Positions 56,372 to 58,643 of a stretch of DNA of 58,643 nucleotides are shown here, in pieces (within the stretch, counting starts at the first letter, position 1; the number at the start of each line of letters is the position of its first letter). The position numbers and the translations under genes were made by a program. The notes beneath the pieces were generated by a model. It did not search any database, was not told where the DNA came from, and saw only the letters and a program-made list of their open reading frames with translations. This stretch comes from a virus (taxonomy: Duplodnaviria > Caudoviricetes). The stretch spans positions 1-58,643 of the IMG/VR virus record IMGVR_UViG_3300033552_000006; one strand, written 5' to 3'.

Positions 56372-57714
56372 AACAATTTGGTTTTAACGGTTTTGTTTTT
56401 AGGCTTAAGTGCTTTTTTAATCTGATACAGGTTTGCATCCATTAAGGCAAGAATTTCTTTGTTTTGTGCCGTACCTCTGTTTTTAATTCCTCTGGCTTGT
56501 GCCACTTTCATTGTTCGCAGATCAACTTCTATACTCTCATTTTGGATTCCTTTGTATGTTGCCGAAAAACATAAAGAATTTTTGTTTTTGTAATATTCAT
56601 TGGTAAAAATGCAATGGCGGTGTGCAGATGCTTCTTTTTTGAAATCAGCTACGCTTTCTAAGACTTTGATTTCAATATCTCCACTGACAAAATGAAGTCC
56701 AAAGAATTTTCTTTTTTCAATGGTATATTCAATTTCATTCTTTTCCATAGCTTTGATAAGTTCTAATGCAGCACGTTTTCTTTCGACGTTGCGTTTTCTT
56801 TCCATGAGCCTGTCATGCTCAGCGCGTAGATTATCAGGACAAACATATTTGGCATTTTTCAAATCACGACCAAAGTATTGCTGAACTTTAACCAAATCAT
56901 ACCAGTCACTGAATAATACTGGACGATATTTGTTTTTAAGGCAAGTTTGAATAGCGTCTTTTAAATAATCAGAATCATCACCTCTTAAAGCCTTGTTGAC
57001 ATAAAAAGACAGGAACTTATCTTGTTTTAATTTTATCAATGTTTCGGCAAAATTGTCTTTAAACAAAAAGTGATATAACACATAAGGAATAACATCGTGA
57101 ACTTCTCTCACTCCATTACGCTTAAGGATTGGATGATACCTTTTTTTGGGATAAGTAAAAGCAGGATTCATATTGTCTACATTAGCATATCCGTTATACC
57201 CTCCATATCCAATTTGTTTTTCTCCACTTCTCACCTCAAGGCCGGAACTATAATTAAAAGCACTGCCATAATAACTGTTTCCATAATTGTTGTTCAGCGT
57301 TTTCTTTTTGCCATCAGTTCTTATCCAGTGCTGGATTACCTCATGAAAATAATATTCCGGCTTGGTTTTCTTCTTCATATATTTTGTGACTTCATAAATT
57401 CTCTGAACTTGAAAATCTTCTTTGTAAGTAATCAGACTAAATTGTTCTCTTATTTTAAAATCACCGTTATGATTTACCATTTTAAGTTCTTTGCCGCAAT
57501 CAGGACAATTTGCTCCAGTAATTTGATTATGCCATGACTGGGTTTCCGTTTTCCATGTGGTGCCACAATCCAAACAGTAAACGGTTTTTCTTGATTGCGC
57601 TGCATAAGCTTGGAACATTGTATCTATTGCCCACTCTTTTTGCTTTAAATTCAAAAGGGGTAACGAAAGTTTAAGTTCTGTTACCCTAAAATCTAATTTT
57701 GTTTTCGGTTTCAT
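56356..57714 (-). CDS. PcfJ-like protein
   Basis: N-terminal CLDCG/CPDCG zinc ribbon; W.D...YFGRDL.N.KYVCP.NL..EHD; E...HHC-like HRHCIF and QARG..N C-terminus; paired with PcfK. Confidence 0.85.
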   Translation of the reverse strand: MKPKTKLDFRVTELKLSLPLLNLKQKEWAIDTMFQAYAAQSRKTVYCLDCGTTWKTETQSWHNQITGANCPDCGKELKMVNHNGDFKIREQFSLITYKEDFQVQRIYEVTKYMKKKTKPEYYFHEVIQHWIRTDGKKKTLNNNYGNSYYGSAFNYSSGLEVRSGEKQIGYGGYNGYANVDNMNPAFTYPKKRYHPILKRNGVREVHDVIPYVLYHFLFKDNFAETLIKLKQDKFLSFYVNKALRGDDSDYLKDAIQTCLKNKYRPVLFSDWYDLVKVQQYFGRDLKNAKYVCPDNLRAEHDRLMERKRNVERKRAALELIKAMEKNEIEYTIEKRKFFGLHFVSGDIEIKVLESVADFKKEASAHRHCIFTNEYYKNKNSLCFSATYKGIQNESIEVDLRTMKVAQARGIKNRGTAQNKEILALMDANLYQIKKALKPKNKTVKTKLLCQIA

Positions 57715-57718
57715 ATCG

Positions 57719-58210
57719 TTAGAATAAAGAACCTTGCTCTGGCTCTGTTGCTAAAACTGTTTTCTTAACTACCTTTTTGCTTAGTATATCAGCAATAGCT
57801 TTATCCATTGCTCTTTGTTTGGCTTGTGCCATTTCAATTTCATTGAGTTCTACTTCAGGAAGCTTGACATTTTTCTTGGCTTCCTCAATAGCACGTTCCA
57901 TTGCTTGCTTCTTAGCTGATTCCAAATCTGCTTCAGTCAATTTTACCGTATGGTTTACAATTACTTTGGCTTTTACAGCTTTGATATTCTTAATATTGTC
58001 CTCGTCGTAATAATGGACTGCCATGTTGTATATTTCATCATCCTCAAAACCATTACATCCGCTTTTCTGAACAGTCTGCATTATGTAGTTGACGCATTCA
58101 GATAAGCTTTTATTGGGCTTTAATAATGTATTCGCGAATAGAGTATCTTCGATTGCTCTAAGTTCAAGATAAGAACTGATACTCTTTTCAAATTGGGTTG
58201 ATGCTTTCAT
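57719..58210 (-). CDS. PcfK-like protein (AcrIIA9 family)
   Basis: YLE.RA.ED.LF...KPNK....C..YI...VQKSGCNGF.DDEIY.MAVHYYDED and C-terminal Q.SLF. Confidence 0.85.
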   Translation of the reverse strand: MKASTQFEKSISSYLELRAIEDTLFANTLLKPNKSLSECVNYIMQTVQKSGCNGFEDDEIYNMAVHYYDEDNIKNIKAVKAKVIVNHTVKLTEADLESAKKQAMERAIEEAKKNVKLPEVELNEIEMAQAKQRAMDKAIADILSKKVVKKTVLATEPEQGSLF

Positions 58211-58212
58211 AA

Positions 58213-58491
58213 TTATTTTTTTATTAATTCTAATTGTTCAAAATAATACCAAGAATGTTTTCCAGATATGCCTGAAAGAGAATATCTGTAACCGTTATCA
58301 GTTTTTATTTTTTGATAAACCTTGCCTTCTTTGCCTACTATGTGTGGAACAATATCTATCCAAGCTCTTTTATCATCTTCATAATATGATTTTTGATTAG
58401 ATCTTTGCCCTGGCATTGTTTTGCTTTCCCAAATTAAATGCCCATATTTCACAATACGGACATTATCTCCTATGTTAAATTCAATTGCCAT
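58213..58491 (-). CDS. hypothetical protein (SH3/KOW-like beta barrel possible)
   Basis: FNIGDNVRIV...IVGKEGKV...WY..EQLE pattern. Confidence 0.6.
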   Translation of the reverse strand: MAIEFNIGDNVRIVKYGHLIWESKTMPGQRSNQKSYYEDDKRAWIDIVPHIVGKEGKVYQKIKTDNGYRYSLSGISGKHSWYYFEQLELIKK

Positions 58492-58643
58492 TAGATAAAG
58501 TAACGTATATTGCGAATTTGTTTTTTAATTTGTTTTTCGCGTCCAGTTCCTCTGCCTTCATACTGTTGGCTTTCCTGTTCCAACAATGCTGCTACAATAC
58601 ATTTTGGAATTATCATGGGTGCATTATTTTTCTCCCAATCCTC
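58491..58643 (-). CDS. partial hypothetical protein (3' end, runs off the window)
   Basis: 51 open codons ending ...KQIRNIRYFI*, with TAATG overlap to the next gene. Confidence 0.55.
   Translation of the reverse strand, partial: EDWEKNNAPMIIPKCIVAALLEQESQQYEGRGTGREKQIKKQIRNIRYFI

Larger units (their letters stand above)
1..58643. mobile_element. crAss-like (Crassvirales) phage genome segment
   Basis: Gene order TerL-portal-acidic protein-MCP-ring proteins-fibres-muzzle-cargo proteins-giant RNAP with DxDGD motif matches known crAss-like organisation; no host housekeeping operons or integrase visible. Confidence 0.9.

Overview
The whole window looks like part of a Crassvirales (crAss-like) podophage genome. 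The host is probably a Flavobacteriaceae/Bacteroidota bacterium, judging from the Flavobacterium-type DnaG zinc finger, TAnnTTTG promoters, A-rich SD-less starts and Q-rule signal peptides. There are four blocks. (i) 1-2.5 kb: small leftward genes (SSB, a paralogous pair, an anticodon-less tRNA-like element, a repeated leader motif). (ii) About 2.5 kb: a GC-rich hairpin and a host-type promoter at the strand switch. (iii) 2.7-51.6 kb: a rightward late region with an Acb2-like/terminase-fragment fusion, KTSC, GroES/GroEL, terminase, portal, scaffold, major capsid, ring/tail proteins, fibres, lysis genes, muzzle, and the ejected cargo proteins, including a 4012-aa zincin + two-barrel virion RNA polymerase. 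(iv) 51.6-58.6 kb: a convergent leftward block with DnaG, PcfJ and PcfK/AcrIIA9-like genes. The most striking observation is four integron attC-like folded sites at 51.9-53.3 kb. They delimit three single-ORF cassettes whose ends are mutually complementary, they abut the dnaG stop codon, and no integrase is present in the window. All family assignments come from motif recognition by eye and gene order; no searches were run.
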